A stretch of DNA of 64,000 nt from Squalus acanthias. Its lineage: Eukaryota. How positions within the stretch are numbered: the first letter of the stretch is position 1; each line of letters opens with the position of its first letter. Under the pieces are notes generated by a model that was given only the letters and a program-made list of their open reading frames with translations, ran no database searches and was not told the DNA's origin. The DNA lies in NCBI GenBank assembly GCA_030390025.1, contig JASTWF010000033.1:5458001-5522000 (forward strand). Direction: 5' to 3'. Below, one piece after another: positions 1 to 11,699 of the stretch. A program made the translations under genes and the position numbers.

Positions 1-3000
1 AGGGAGCTTTACTCTGTATCTGACCCGTGCTGTACCTGCCCTGTGAGTGTTTGATGGGACAGTGTAGTGTGAGCTTTACTCTGTATCTAATCCGTGCTGT
101 ACCAGCCCTGGGAGTGTTTCATGGGAGAGTGTGGAGGGAGCTTTACTCTGTATCTGACCCGTGCTGTAGCTGCCCTGGGAGTGTTTGTTGGGACACAATA
201 GAGCGAGCTTTACTCCGTATCTAACCCGTGCTGTGCCTGCCCTGGGAGTGTTTGATGGGACAGTGTAGAGGGAGCTTTACTCTGTAACTAACCCATGCTG
301 AACCTGTCCTGGGAGTGTTTGATGGGCCAGTGTACAGGGAGCTTTACTCTGTATCTAATCCGTGCTGTACCTGCCCTGGGAATGTTTGACAGGACAGTGC
401 AGAGGGTGCTTTACTCTGTATCGAACCCGTGCTGGACCTGCCCCGTGAGTGTTTGCTGGGACAGTGTACAGGGAGCTTTACTCTGTATCTAACCCGTGCT
501 GTACCTGCCCTGGGAGTGTTTGATGGGACAGTGTCGAGGGAGCTTTACTCTGTATCTAACCCGTGCTGTACCTGCCCTGGGAGTGTTTGATGGGACAATG
601 TAGAGGGAGCTTTACTCTGTATCTAACCCGTGCTGTACCTGCCCTAGGAGTGTTTGATGGGACAGTATAGAGGGAGCTTTACTCTGTATCTAACCCGTGC
701 TGTACCTTCCCTGGGAGTGTTTGATGGGACAATTTCGATGGAGCTTTACTCTGTATCTAACCCGTGCTGTACCTGCCCTGGGAGTGTTTGATGGGACAGT
801 GTCGATGGAGTTTTACTCTGTATCTAACCCGTGCTGTACCTGCCCTGGGAGTGTTTGATGGGACAGTGTAGAGGGAGCTTTACTCTGTATCTAACCCGTG
901 CTGTACCTGCCCTGGGAGTGTTTGATGGGACAGTGTAGAGGGAGCTTTACTCTGTATCTAAACCATGCTGTACCTGCCCTGGGAGTGTTGGATGGGCCAG
1001 TGTACAGGGAGTTTTACTCTGTATCTAACCCGTGCTGTACCTGCCCTATGAGAGTTTGATGGACAGTGTGGAGCGAGTTATTCTATGTTTCTAACCCGTG
1101 CTGTACCTGCCCTGGGAGTGTTTGATGGGACAGTGTAAAGGGAGCTTTAATCTGTATCTAACCGATGCTGTACCTGTCCTGGGAGTGTTGGATGGGCCAG
1201 TGTACAGGGAGTTTTACTCTGTATCTAACCCGTGCTGTACCTGCCCTGGGACTGTTTGATGGGACAGTGCAGAGGGAGCTTTACTCTGTATCTAACCCGT
1301 GCTGTACCTGCCCTGGGAGTGTTTGATGGGACTGTGCAGAGGGAGCTTTACTCTGTATCTAACCCGTGCTGTACCTGCCCTAGGAGTGTTTGATGGGACA
1401 GTATAGAGCGAGCTTTACTCTGTATCTAACCCGTGCTGTACCTGCCCTGGGAATGTTTGATGGGATCGTGTCGATGGAGTTTTACTCTGTATCTAACCTG
1501 TGCTGTACCTGCCCTGGGAGTGTTTGATGGGACAGTATCGAGCGAGCTATACTCTGTATCTAACCCGTGCTGTACCTGCCCTGGGAATGTTTGGCAGGAC
1601 AGTGCAGAGGGTGCTTTACTCTGTATCTAACCCGTGCTGTACCTGCCCTGGGAGTGTTTGATGGGATCGTGTCGATGGAGCTTTACTCTGTATCTAACTC
1701 GTGCTGGACCTGCCCTGGGAGTGTTTGATGGGACAGTATAGACCGAGCTTTACTCCGTATCTAACTCGTGCTGTACCTGCCTTGGGAGTGTTTGATGGGA
1801 CAGTGTAGAGGGAGCTTTACTTTGTATCTCACCCGTGCTGTACCTGCCCTGTGAATGTTTGTTGGGACAGTATAGAGCGAGCTTTACTCCGTATCTAACC
1901 CGTGCTGTACCTGCCCTGGGACTGTTTGATGGGATCGTGTAAAGGGAGCTTTCCTCTGTATCTAACCCGTGCTGTACCTGCCCTGGGAGTGTTTGATGGG
2001 ACAGTGTAGAGGGAGCTTTACTCTGTATCTAACCCGTGCTGTAACTGTCCTGGCAGTGTTTGATGGGACAGTATAGAGGGAACTTTACTCTGTATCTAAC
2101 CCGTGCTGTACCTGCCCTGGGAGTGTTTGATGGGACAGTGTAGAGGGAGCTTTACTCTGTATCTAACCCGTGCTGTACCTGCCCTGGGAGTGTTTGATGG
2201 GGCAGTGCAGAGGGAGCTTTACTCTGTATCTAACCCGTGCTGTACCTGCCCAGGATTGTTTGATGGGACAGTGTAGAGGGAGCTTTACTCTGTATCTAAC
2301 CCGTGCTGTACCTGCCCTGGCAGTGTTTGATGGGACAGTACAGAGGGAACTTTACTCTGTATCTAACCCGTGCTGTACCTGCCCTGTGGGTGTTTGATGG
2401 GACAGTGTAGAGGGAGCTTTACTCTGTATCTAATCTGTGCTGTACCAGCCCTGGGAGTGTTTGATGGGACAGTGTAGAGGGAGCTTTACTCTGTATCTAA
2501 CCCGTGCTGTACCTGTCCCTGGGAGTGTTTGATGGGACAGTTCAGAGGGAGCTTTACTCTGTATCTAACCCGTGCTGTACCTGCCCTGGGAGTGTTTGAT
2601 GGGACAGTGTAGAGGGAGCTTTACTCTGTATCTAACCCGTGCTGTACCTGCCCTGGGAGTGTTTGATGGGACAGTGTAGAGGGAGCTTTACTCTGTATCT
2701 AACCCGTGCTGTACCTGCCCTGGGAGTGTTTGATGGGACAGTGTAGAGGGAGCTTTACTCTGTATCTAACCCGTGCTGTACCTGCCCTGGAGTGTTTGAT
2801 GGGACAGTGTAGAGGGAGCTTTACTCTGTATCTAACCCGTGCTGTACCTGCCCTGGGAGTGTTTGATGGGATAATGTAGAGGGAGCTTTACTCTGTATCT
2901 AACCCGTGCTGTACCTGCCCTGGGAGTGTTTGATGGGACAGTGTAGAGGGAGCTTTACTCTGTAACGAACCACTGCTGTACCTGCCCTGGGAGTGTTTGA

Positions 3001-4863
3001 TGGGCCAGTGTACAGGGAGTTTTACTCTGTATCTAACCCGTGCTGCACCTGCCCTGGGGGTGTTTGATGGGACAGTGTAGAGGGAGCTTTACTCTGTATC
3101 TAATCCGTGCTGCACAAGCCCTGGGAGTGTTTGATGGGATCGTGTCGATGGAGTTTTACTCTGTATCTAACCTGTGCTGTACCTGCCCTGGTTGTATTTG
3201 ATGGGACATTGTGGAGGGAGCTTTACTCTGTATCTAACCCGTGCTGTACCTGCCCTAGGAGTGTTTGATGGGACAGTATCGAGCGAGCTTTACTCTGTAT
3301 CTAACCCGTGCTGTACCTGCCCTGGGAATGTTTGGCAGGACAGTGCAGAGGGTGCTTTACTCTGTATCTAACCCGTGCTGTACCTGCCCTGGGAGTGTTT
3401 GATGGGATCGTGTCGATGGAGCTTTACTCTGTATCTAACGCGTGCTGGACCTGCCATGGGAGTGTTTGATGGGACAGTATCGAGCGAGCTTTACTCTGTA
3501 TCTAACTCGTGCTGGACCTGCCATGGGAGTGTTTGATGGGACAGTGTAGAGGGAGCTTTACTTTGTATCTCACCCGTGCTGTACCCGCCCTGTGTATGTT
3601 TGTTGGGACAGTATAGAGCGAGCTTTACTCCGTATCTAACCCGTGCTGTACCTGTCCTGGCAGTGTTTGATGGGACAGTATAGAGGGAACTTTACTCTGT
3701 ATCTAACCCGTGCTGTACCTGCCCTGGGAGTGTTTTTTGGGACAGTGTAGAGGGAGCTTTACTCTGTATCTAACCCGTGCTGTACCTGCCCTGGGAGTGT
3801 TTGATGGGGCAGTGCAGAGGGAGCTTTACTCTGTATCTAATCCGTGCTGTCCCTGCCCTGGGAGTGTTTGATGGGACAGTGTAGAGGGAGCTTTACTCTG
3901 TATCTAACCTGTACTGTACCTGCCCTGGGAGTGTTTGATGGGACAGTGTATAGGGAGCTTTACTCTGTAGCTAACCCGTGCTGTACCTGCCGTGGGAGTG
4001 TTTGTTGGGACAGTTTCGAGCGAGCTTTACTCCGTATCTAACCCGTGCTGAACCTGCCCTGGGAATGTTTGATGGGACAATGTGGAGGGAGCTTTACTCC
4101 GTATCTCACCCGTGCTGAACCTGCCCTGGGAATGTTTGATGGGACAATGTGGAGGGAACTTTACTCTGTATCTAACCCGTGCTGTACCTGTCGTGGGAGT
4201 GTTTGATGGGACAATGTAGAGGGAGCTTTACTCTGTATCTAACCCGTGCTGTACCTGTCGTGGGGGTGTTTGATGGGACAGTGTAGAGGGAGCTTTACTC
4301 TGTTTCTAATCCGTGCTGTACCTGCCCTGGGAGTGTTTGATGGGACAGTGTACAGGGAGTTTTACTCTGTATCTAATCTGTGCTGTACCAGCCCTGGGAG
4401 TGTTTGATGGGATAGTGTCAATGGAGTTTTAATCTGTATCTAACCCGTGCTGTACCTGCCCTGGGATTGTTTGATGGGACAGTGTGGAGGGAGCTTTACT
4501 CTGTATCTAACCCTTGCTGTACCTGCCCTAGGAGTGTTTGATGGGACAGTATAGAGCGAGCTTTACTCTGTATCTAACCCGTGCTGTACCTGCCCTGGGA
4601 ATGTTTGATGGGATGGTGTCGAGGGAGCTTTACTCTGTATCTAACTCGTGCTGGACCTGTCCTGGGAGTGTTTGATGGGACAGTGTAGAGAGAGTTTACT
4701 CCGTATCTAACTCGTGCTGTACCTGCCCTGGGAGTGTTTGATGGGACAGTGTGGAGGGAGCTTTACTCTGTATCTAATCCGTACTGTACCTGCCCTGGGA
4801 GTGTTTGATGGGACAGTGTAGAGGGAGCTTTACTGTGTATCTAACCCGTGCTGTATCTGCCCT
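1..4863 (+). repeat. 67-bp satellite array 1 (about 72 monomers, runs off the left edge)
   Basis: Tandem consensus GGGAGTGTTTGATGGGACAGTGTAGAGGGAGCTTTACTCTGTATCTAACCCGTGCTGTACCTGCCCT (67 nt). Confidence 0.97.
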
Positions 4864-5860
4864 TTTGTACTCTACACCCCTATTTATAAAATCTAAGATC
4901 CCATGTGCTTTTTAAACACTTGATCAGCTTGTTCCTCCCACTTTTAAAGGTTTGTGTATCTGAACCCCTTGTTGTTTTTAGTGATATTAACAGAACATGG
5001 CTAAAATTCATTAACATAAATGTCTGATATAATGGTTATTATGGGAGAGAGAAGTTTAGTCTGAGTTAGAAACTCAAACAGGCCTTTCACTGCAGACAGG
5101 TCGCCATGGCAACACTGATAAGACATTCCATTCCACAAATTCCGCTCGGGTGAAACTCTAATCAGATCAGGAGAAAGAACTGGGTTTGTCTGTTATTAAC
5201 CACAATATAAGCTTAAACCAGAGTGAGTAATAGAATAGATCAGATTATAATGTGTGATGTTTATACATATAATTGTGAAGTTGGGTAGTTTAGGGATAAT
5301 GAGAATATTACTGAAGAAAAGGGAACCAGGGAAAGTGTCCTTGTAAACCACACCTCTTTACTGTTCTGCTCCTCCACTCCTTTTAAACTTTTACCATTTA
5401 ATGTAGATTTCCTACCATTTTCATCCTCCCAAAATGCATCACCTCACATTTCTCTGTGTTAAATTTCAGCTGACATCTCCCTGCCCCATTTACTAACCTG
5501 TGTATTCACACTGAAGTCACTTACAGTCCTCTTCACAGTTGGCCAGGGTCCCTATTTTGGTCTCATCTGGAGATTTTGATCTTGTGCCCCACATACCCAA
5601 GCCCAGATCATTTCTCTATATTGAGAAGAGCAGTGGTCCCAACACTGACCCTGGGGGACACCACTGTTTACATCCCTCCAGTCTGAAGAACATCCATTAC
5701 CCACTACTCTCTGTTTTCTGCCCTTTACCCAACTTCCGATCCACGCTGCCCCACTCCCTTTAATACCGTCAGCCTTCATTTGATCAACAAGCCTCCTGTC
5801 CGGCACCTTATCAAACACCTTTTGACAATCCATCTCCACAACATCCACTGCATTTCCTTT
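4864..5860 (-). mobile_element. CR1-clade LINE ORF2 (RT) fragment, interrupted by an insert at 4970-5352
   Basis: Minus-strand translation MDVVEMDCQKVFDKVP...WIGSWVKGRKQRVVGNG...SGVPQG resembles CR1 RT (D-F-x-K-A-F-D-K-V-P, G-V-P-Q-G); frameshifted. Confidence 0.85.
4970..5352. mobile_element. Solo-LTR-like (or MITE-like) insertion, about 383 bp
   Basis: Starts TGTTGTTT and ends AAACCACA (imperfect inverted TG...CA ends); flanks CCCCT/CCTCT; interrupts a CR1 sequence that resumes after it. Confidence 0.5.
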
Positions 5861-6040
5861 CTCACTACACTGTGTTATTTCCTGAAATAATCCCTGCTGT
5901 CTGTCCTGAGTGAATCCATTTCACTGCCAAATGTTGCAATCTTTGCTCCACCCCATAGGGTTCCATCTGTGGTGTGGAGCAAACAACAGAAAGTCCACAA
6001 AGCGGCCCCGCGGCAAACTCCGGGACAGGGAGGAAGTGAA

Positions 6041-6354
6041 TCAGGGAGCGTCTGTAAATGGAGGAGAAAAGGTGAGTGGTCAGGGAGCGTCTGCAAATGG
6101 AGGAGAAAAGGTGAGTGGTCAGGGAGCGTCTGTAAATGAAGGAGAAATGGTGAGTGGTCAGGGAGCGTCTGTAAATGGAGGAGAAAAGGTGAGTGGTCAG
6201 GGAGCGTCTGTAAATGAAGGAGAAATGGAGAGTGGTCAGGGAGCGTCCGTAAATGGAGGAGAAATGGTGAGTGGTCAGGGAGCGTTTGTAAATGGAGGAG
6301 AAAAGGTGAGTGGTCAGGGAGCGTCTGTAAATGGAGGAGAAATGGTGAGTGGTC
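6041..6354 (+). repeat. 39-bp minisatellite (about 8 copies)
   Basis: Unit TCAGGGAGCGTCTGTAAATGGAGGAGAAAAGGTGAGTGG. Confidence 0.92.
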
Positions 6355-6566
6355 TGATCAAGGATTGAACATGGGACCATCCTAGTCAGTAGTGCAGTGT
6401 GTTCTAAAGTGGCGTTGGGGTGGGGGGAGGGGTGTGTGGAGGGTTAGAACAGAATATTTTGAAAGAAATGTCACTCCAACATTGCAAAATTCTGAAGTCT
6501 CAATATTAACCAAGCAAGTCAAATGGATCGTCAAAAACAGTGAGACATTTTAGAAAGGCTCAAGTC

Positions 6567-7560
6567 ACTGAAACAGACAGGTTTACAATCACTGCACAGT
6601 ACAGAAGGGAGCGACTGTTAATGGGAGCTCTGTTAGTGAAGTCCGCCGACACTCCAAGATAAACGGGTCTGTCCCTTTAAAGATAAATATGCAGAGAAAG
6701 GGGAGTCCCTGTCCCTTTAAATATCTGGCCCATTCCCCCAGACAGTGGGAGGAGGAGCAGCGCGCGGTCTCTTTATATCCTGACCCAGCGGGAACCCGCT
6801 TTGTCGGTGGGTGGGTGGGGGCCTCAGGAAACTGCTTTATGTGCAGACTACTTACACTGAGACACCAAATCCAGGGACCACTTATACTGAGACACCAAAT
6901 CCAGGGACCACTTACACAGTGACTTCAAATGAAAAAGGCTGCATCTCGTGAAACTGGTGTTGTCAATAGTTGTTTCTATCCCTAACCCCTAATCCAAACC
7001 CATTAATAGGAGCTCTGTTAGTCGAGTCCTCCGACACGCCAAGTTAAACTGGTCTGTCTCGCTTTAACTATAAATAGGCAGAGAAAGGGGAGTCCCTGTC
7101 CCTTTAAATATCTGGCCCATTCCCCCAGGCAGTGGAAGGAGGAACAGCGCGCAGTTTCTTTATATCCTGACCCTATATTGTATAATCTTGTAATCCTATG
7201 TAATGTAAGTTACTGAAATAGACAGGTTTACAATCAATGCACAGTACAGAAGGGAGCGACTGTTAATGGGAGCTCTGTTCGTGAAGTCCGTCGACACTCC
7301 AAGATAAATGGGTCTGTCCCTTTAACTATAAATAGACAGGGAAAGGGGAGTCCCTGTCCCTTTAAATATCTCGCCCATTCCCCCAGGCAGTGGGAGGAGG
7401 AACAGCGCGTGGTCTCTTCATATCCTGATCCAGCGGGCCCCGCGGGATGGGCTGCAACATGTAGGAACCTGCTCTGTGTCGGGATCACTTACATTGAGAC
7501 AACAAATCCAGGGACCACTTACATTGAGACACCAAATCCAGGGACCACTTAAACTGAGTC
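6567..7560 (+). repeat. Triplicated 170-225-bp block with interspersed 30-bp repeats
   Basis: Copies near 6567, 7005 and 7213 of ...GGGAGCTCTGTTAG...GTCCCTTTAAATATCTGGCCCATTCCCC...TATCCTGA; 30-bp unit TGAGACACCAAATCCAGGGACCACTTACAC. Confidence 0.85.
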
Positions 7561-8669
7561 TATAAATGGGAATCAGAGAGCCTCAGTATGGGGAATGGTC
7601 ATGATGGTGAAACCAGCTCTCGTGAGGGTGGGTAATGGATGAAGATATGACGGTGGAATCAGATGGTTAATGCTGGGGCCTGGTGACAGGTTGTCAGAAC
7701 CCCTTTCAGGCAGGCCGATGATTAGATGTAACCAGCACAACACCTGGATCTGCCTGTTCTTGTCCCAAAGTCTAATGACCCTGATGTCTTTTTCTGTGGC
7801 AAATGTAGAGATGTGAAAGAAGAGAGGAAATCAGGCTTGGGCTAGAAAGAAGGTTCCTTGAATGAACAATTCATGAGGCTGTTTTCTGACTCATCTGCAT
7901 AAGCTTATAACACCATGAAATGAAAGAGAACATGTCCAGTGACACTGGCGTTGTCAATAGTGGTTTCTATCCCTAATCACCGTCTCATAAGCCTAACATC
8001 CTAACCCGAACCCCTAACGCCAACCCCTAAACCCTAACCAAGGATTATTGACAGGCATCAATGGAGGAGCTAAAGACGTGATTAAGGAAGTATTGAAACA
8101 ATTATCTCGATTAAAGAAATAGTGCAAGGTATGTTGATAACAAGAGATTAAATCAAAGAGCGCATCAAAATCAGCAATGACAATTACAAAGATCAGAACA
8201 TTTCAAAGGCGATCACATGCAATATATGTGGAGGTGTTTTTACCAAATCGGATCCAAAAAGGGTTAACTGATACAGCAAGTAACAGATTTCAAATCTTAT
8301 GCAAGATAGTTCTATAAAAGGGTGGTTCAAAGGAACTTCAGATGAGTGTACAGTGAGACACTCCAGTTCAGTCTATTACACTCACAAGCCATGGACTCAA
8401 ACAGAACCAGCCTTGGGTTTGATGTGGTAGAAGGAAAACTAGGTGAGAAGTGATATAAGTTAGAGTAAGAAAAGGGCCCAAAAAATGGAACATTCGGTAA
8501 CAGAACATCAATTAGTCTCCTCTTATCATGGAGAAATCAAATATTCGACCCACTGTATTTATACAAAGCTGATTTATTCAATATTTATACAAAATATCAA
8601 TCTCCAGCCCAGATATAGGGTTATTAAGATCAGCAGAAACACATTCTAACTGCTGGAATGAACATGATT

Positions 8670-9240
8670 CAGTGCTCAATGCAGACCCAGTAAATTGCGT
8701 TCAATTCACTAATGCTGCCTTTCAATGGCGGGTCTTCTACCCAGCATTCCCCGCGGGGGAGAATGAGCCGAACCCGGACTACAGGAGCCCAGTGCGCAGG
8801 CGCGGGACCCGCCTGGTTTGGGCATGCGCGGTGCGTGTCATCTCAGAGGATGTTGCCTGTGAATCAGTTCCTGATTAATCCGTGAGAAGCGACAGGACGG
8901 AGCGGACTAATGGACCGGAAAGTGGGCGGGGAGGCTTCATAAACAACTAGTGCAGGCCGCAAACACCGAATAATAATCTGAAGCTCCCGCGTTTGCAGCT
9001 TCGGGGCTTCTCCCGGTCACAGGCTCAGACTAACGGCCGCCATCTTGATTCAGTGAGTAGCAAAGCGCATGCGCGGACATCTTGTGAGCAACAAAGAGTG
9101 GGCGGGGCTTCAGTGTCTGTTCCCAACCGGGTCCTAGTGCCCGGGCGAGTAAAACGTTGACTCAGTTATTTGATTCAGACTCTCCACACTTCGAATTTCT
9201 CACCATCTCTCCTGACGGCGCTGGTAAAAGCAGAGCATAC
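8670..9240 (+). promoter_or_regulatory. CpG-island promoter / first exon region of ZNF-A
   Basis: CpG-rich; NRF1-type TGCGCAGGCGC and GCGCATGCGC (9065), YY1-type GCCGCCATCTT (9036), GC boxes GGGCGGGG; homologous to the other ZNF promoters. Confidence 0.7.
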
Positions 9241-9286
9241 GGTTAACATCCCACACAATTGTAACAGAAGAACACGAGAGCTGGGC

Positions 9287-10340
9287 TCCCCTTGTACAGT
9301 CCCAGGGCTGGAATCCCCATGTACAGTCCCAGGGTTAGAATCCCCATGTACAGTCCCAGGGTTAGAATCCCCATGTACAGTCCCAGGGTTAGAATCCCCA
9401 TGGACAGTCCCAGGGTTAGAATCCCCATGTACAGTCCCAGGGCTGGAATCCCCATGTACAGTCCCTGGGTTAGAATCCCCATGTACAGTCCCAGGGTTAG
9501 AATCCTCATGTACAGTGCCAGGGTTAGAATCCCCATGTACAGTCCCAGGGTTAGAATCCCCATGTACAGTCCCAGGGTTAGAATCCCCATGTACAGTCCC
9601 AGGGTTAGAATCCCCATGTACAGTCCCAGGGTTAGAATCCCCATGTACAGTCCCAGGGTTAGAATCCTCATGTACAGTCCCAGGGTTAGAATCCCCATGT
9701 ACAGTCCCAGGGTTGGAATCCCCATGTACAGTCTCAGGGTTAGAATCCCCATGTACAGTCCCAGGGTTGGAATCCCCATGTACAGTCCCAGGGTTTGAAT
9801 CTCCATGTACAGTCCCAGGGTTGGAATCCCCATGTACAATCCCAGGGTTGGAATCCCCATGTACAATCCCAGGGTTGGAATCCCCATGTACAGTCCCAGG
9901 GTTGGAATCCCCATGTACAGTCCCAGGGTTAGATTCCCCATGTACAGTCCCAGGGTTAGAATCCCCATGTACAGTCCCAGGGTTAGAATCCCCATGTACA
10001 GTCCCAGGGTTAGAATCCCCATGTACAGTCCCAGGGTTGGAATCTCCATGTACAGTCCCAGGGTTGGAATCCCCATGTACAGTCCCAGGGTTAGAATCCC
10101 CGTGTACAGTTCCAGGGCTGGAATCCCCATGTACAGTCCCAGGGTTGGAATCCCCATGTACAGTCCCAGGGTTGGAATCCCCATGTACAGTCCCAGGGTT
10201 GGAATCTCCATGTACAGTCCCAGGGTTGGAATCCCCATGTACAGTCCCAGGATTAGAATCCCCATGTACAGTCCCAGGGCTGGAATCCCCATGTACAGTC
10301 CCTGGGTTAGAATCCCCATGTACAGTCCCAGGATTGGAAC
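9287..10340 (+). repeat. 27-bp minisatellite (about 39 copies) in the presumed intron of ZNF-A
   Basis: Unit TCCCCATGTACAGTCCCAGGGTTAGAA. Confidence 0.96.
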
Positions 10341-10399
10341 CCTCAGCAACACCGAGTGCAGGTCTCAGGCCCCGAGTCAGAGCCGCCGGGCCCGGGGCA

Positions 10400-10560
10400 A
10401 CACCGAGTAGGAACGGCGATATATGCCCAAGTCAGGATAGTGTGTGACTTGGAGGGGAACTGGGAGGTGATGGTGTTCCCATGCACCTGCTGCCCTTGTT
10501 CTTCTAGGTGGTGGAGGGCGCGTGTTTGGGAGGTGCTGTCAAAGTTCTAGTCGAGTTACA
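10400..10560 (-). mobile_element. Non-LTR retrotransposon fragment shared by the ZNF-A and ZNF-C introns
   Basis: Nearly identical to 31442-31600; resembles a common shark LINE segment (recognised from memory, not searched). Confidence 0.45.
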
Positions 10561-10851
10561 GATGTATAAAATCACTCTCCTTCACCCCTCCCCCTCCCAC
10601 CTCGCTCTCTCTCCTCCCATAGAGGCCAGAGTCTTGTGTAGGCCCAGACCGGGTGGCGGGTTCCCTTCCCTGAAGGACATTAGTGAACCAGTTGGGTTTT
10701 TACGACAATCCGGCAGCTTTCATGGTCACTTTTTTCTAGTGCCGGCCCCACAAATTTCCAGATTCATTCAGCTCAATTTTACAACCTGCCTTTGTGTTTT
10801 TGTGGGTTCTCTCTCACCCTCCCTTTTTCCTGTTTTAAATTCATTTTACAG

Positions 10852-11699
10852 GCTGTTAGAAGGGGAGGATTTGCAGACGGGAAACTCAAACCAAACATCA
10901 CTTCAAGATCTGACAGAGTCACTCGATTCATCAGGACCTTTGAGCATGGAAGCAGAAAGCACCGTTCAGAGCGGGGAGAAACCGTACACGTGTTCTGTGT
11001 GGACGAGGCTTCAGCCGATTCTCTAGCCTGTCGAGTCACAAGCGCAGTCACACCGAGGAGAGGCCGTTCACCTGCACTGAGTGTGGGAAGCAATTCACTA
11101 ATTCATCCGCGGGGAGAAACCGTACACGTGTTCTGTGTGGACGAGGCTTCAGCCGATTCTCTAGCCTGTCGAGTCACAAGCGCAGTCACACCGAGGAGAG
11201 GCCGTTCACCTGCACTGAGTGTGGGAAGCAATTCACTAATTCATCCGCCCTGCTGAGACACCAGCGAGTTCACACTGACAAGAGACCTTTTAAATGCTTG
11301 AACTGTGGGAAGTGCTATAAAAGTTCCGGGGAACTGACGCGCCATCAACGTGTTCACACTGACGAGAGACCATTCAGGTGCTCTCACTGTGGGACTGGGT
11401 TCAGCCAATCATCTGACTTCACTGTACACCAGCGCACTCACACTGGGGAGAGACCGTTCACCTGCTCCGAGTGTGGGAAGGGATTCACTCGGTCATCCCA
11501 CCTGCTGAGACACCAACTTGTTCATACTGATGAGAGACCTTTTAAATGTTCTGACTGTGAGAAGAGATTTAAAAGAAAAACAGATCTGCTGACACACCAG
11601 CGAGTTCACACTGGGGAGAGGCCGTTCACCTGCTCTGAGTGTGGGAAGGGATTCACTCATTCATCGAACCTGCTGTCACACCAGCGAGTTCACAAGTGA
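10852..11699 (+). pseudogene. ZNF-A: C2H2 zinc-finger gene disrupted by a 2-bp deletion and a 138-bp tandem duplication
   Basis: Acceptor TTTTACAG at 10851; ATG at 10946 ([16 protein letters not shown]); TGTGTGGA versus TGTGTGTGGA in paralogue C shifts the frame; 10971-11108 repeated at 11109-11246; six intact fingers follow with no in-frame ATG; AATAAA near 11845. Confidence 0.85.

Larger units (their letters stand above)
5347..9010 (+). repeat. Segmental duplication copy 1 (partner 60187-64000, direct)
   Basis: Colinear, highly similar CR1 fragment, 39-bp minisatellite, triplicated 220-bp block, telomere-like patch and ZNF promoter. Confidence 0.95.

Noticed and set aside
1..4863. Satellite ORFs (MLYLPWECLMGQ...) and a CRISPR-like appearance
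   Set aside because: Head-to-tail 67-bp monomers with no unique spacers and no cas genes; ORFs are chance frames starting mostly at GTG
7970..8040. Interstitial telomere
   Set aside because: Only a few degenerate CCCTAA-like units
9170..10447. 425-aa (ESPCTVPGL)n ORF and its equivalent at 28120-28854
   Set aside because: A 27-bp unit is open in several frames on both strands; TTG start; lies in a presumed intron
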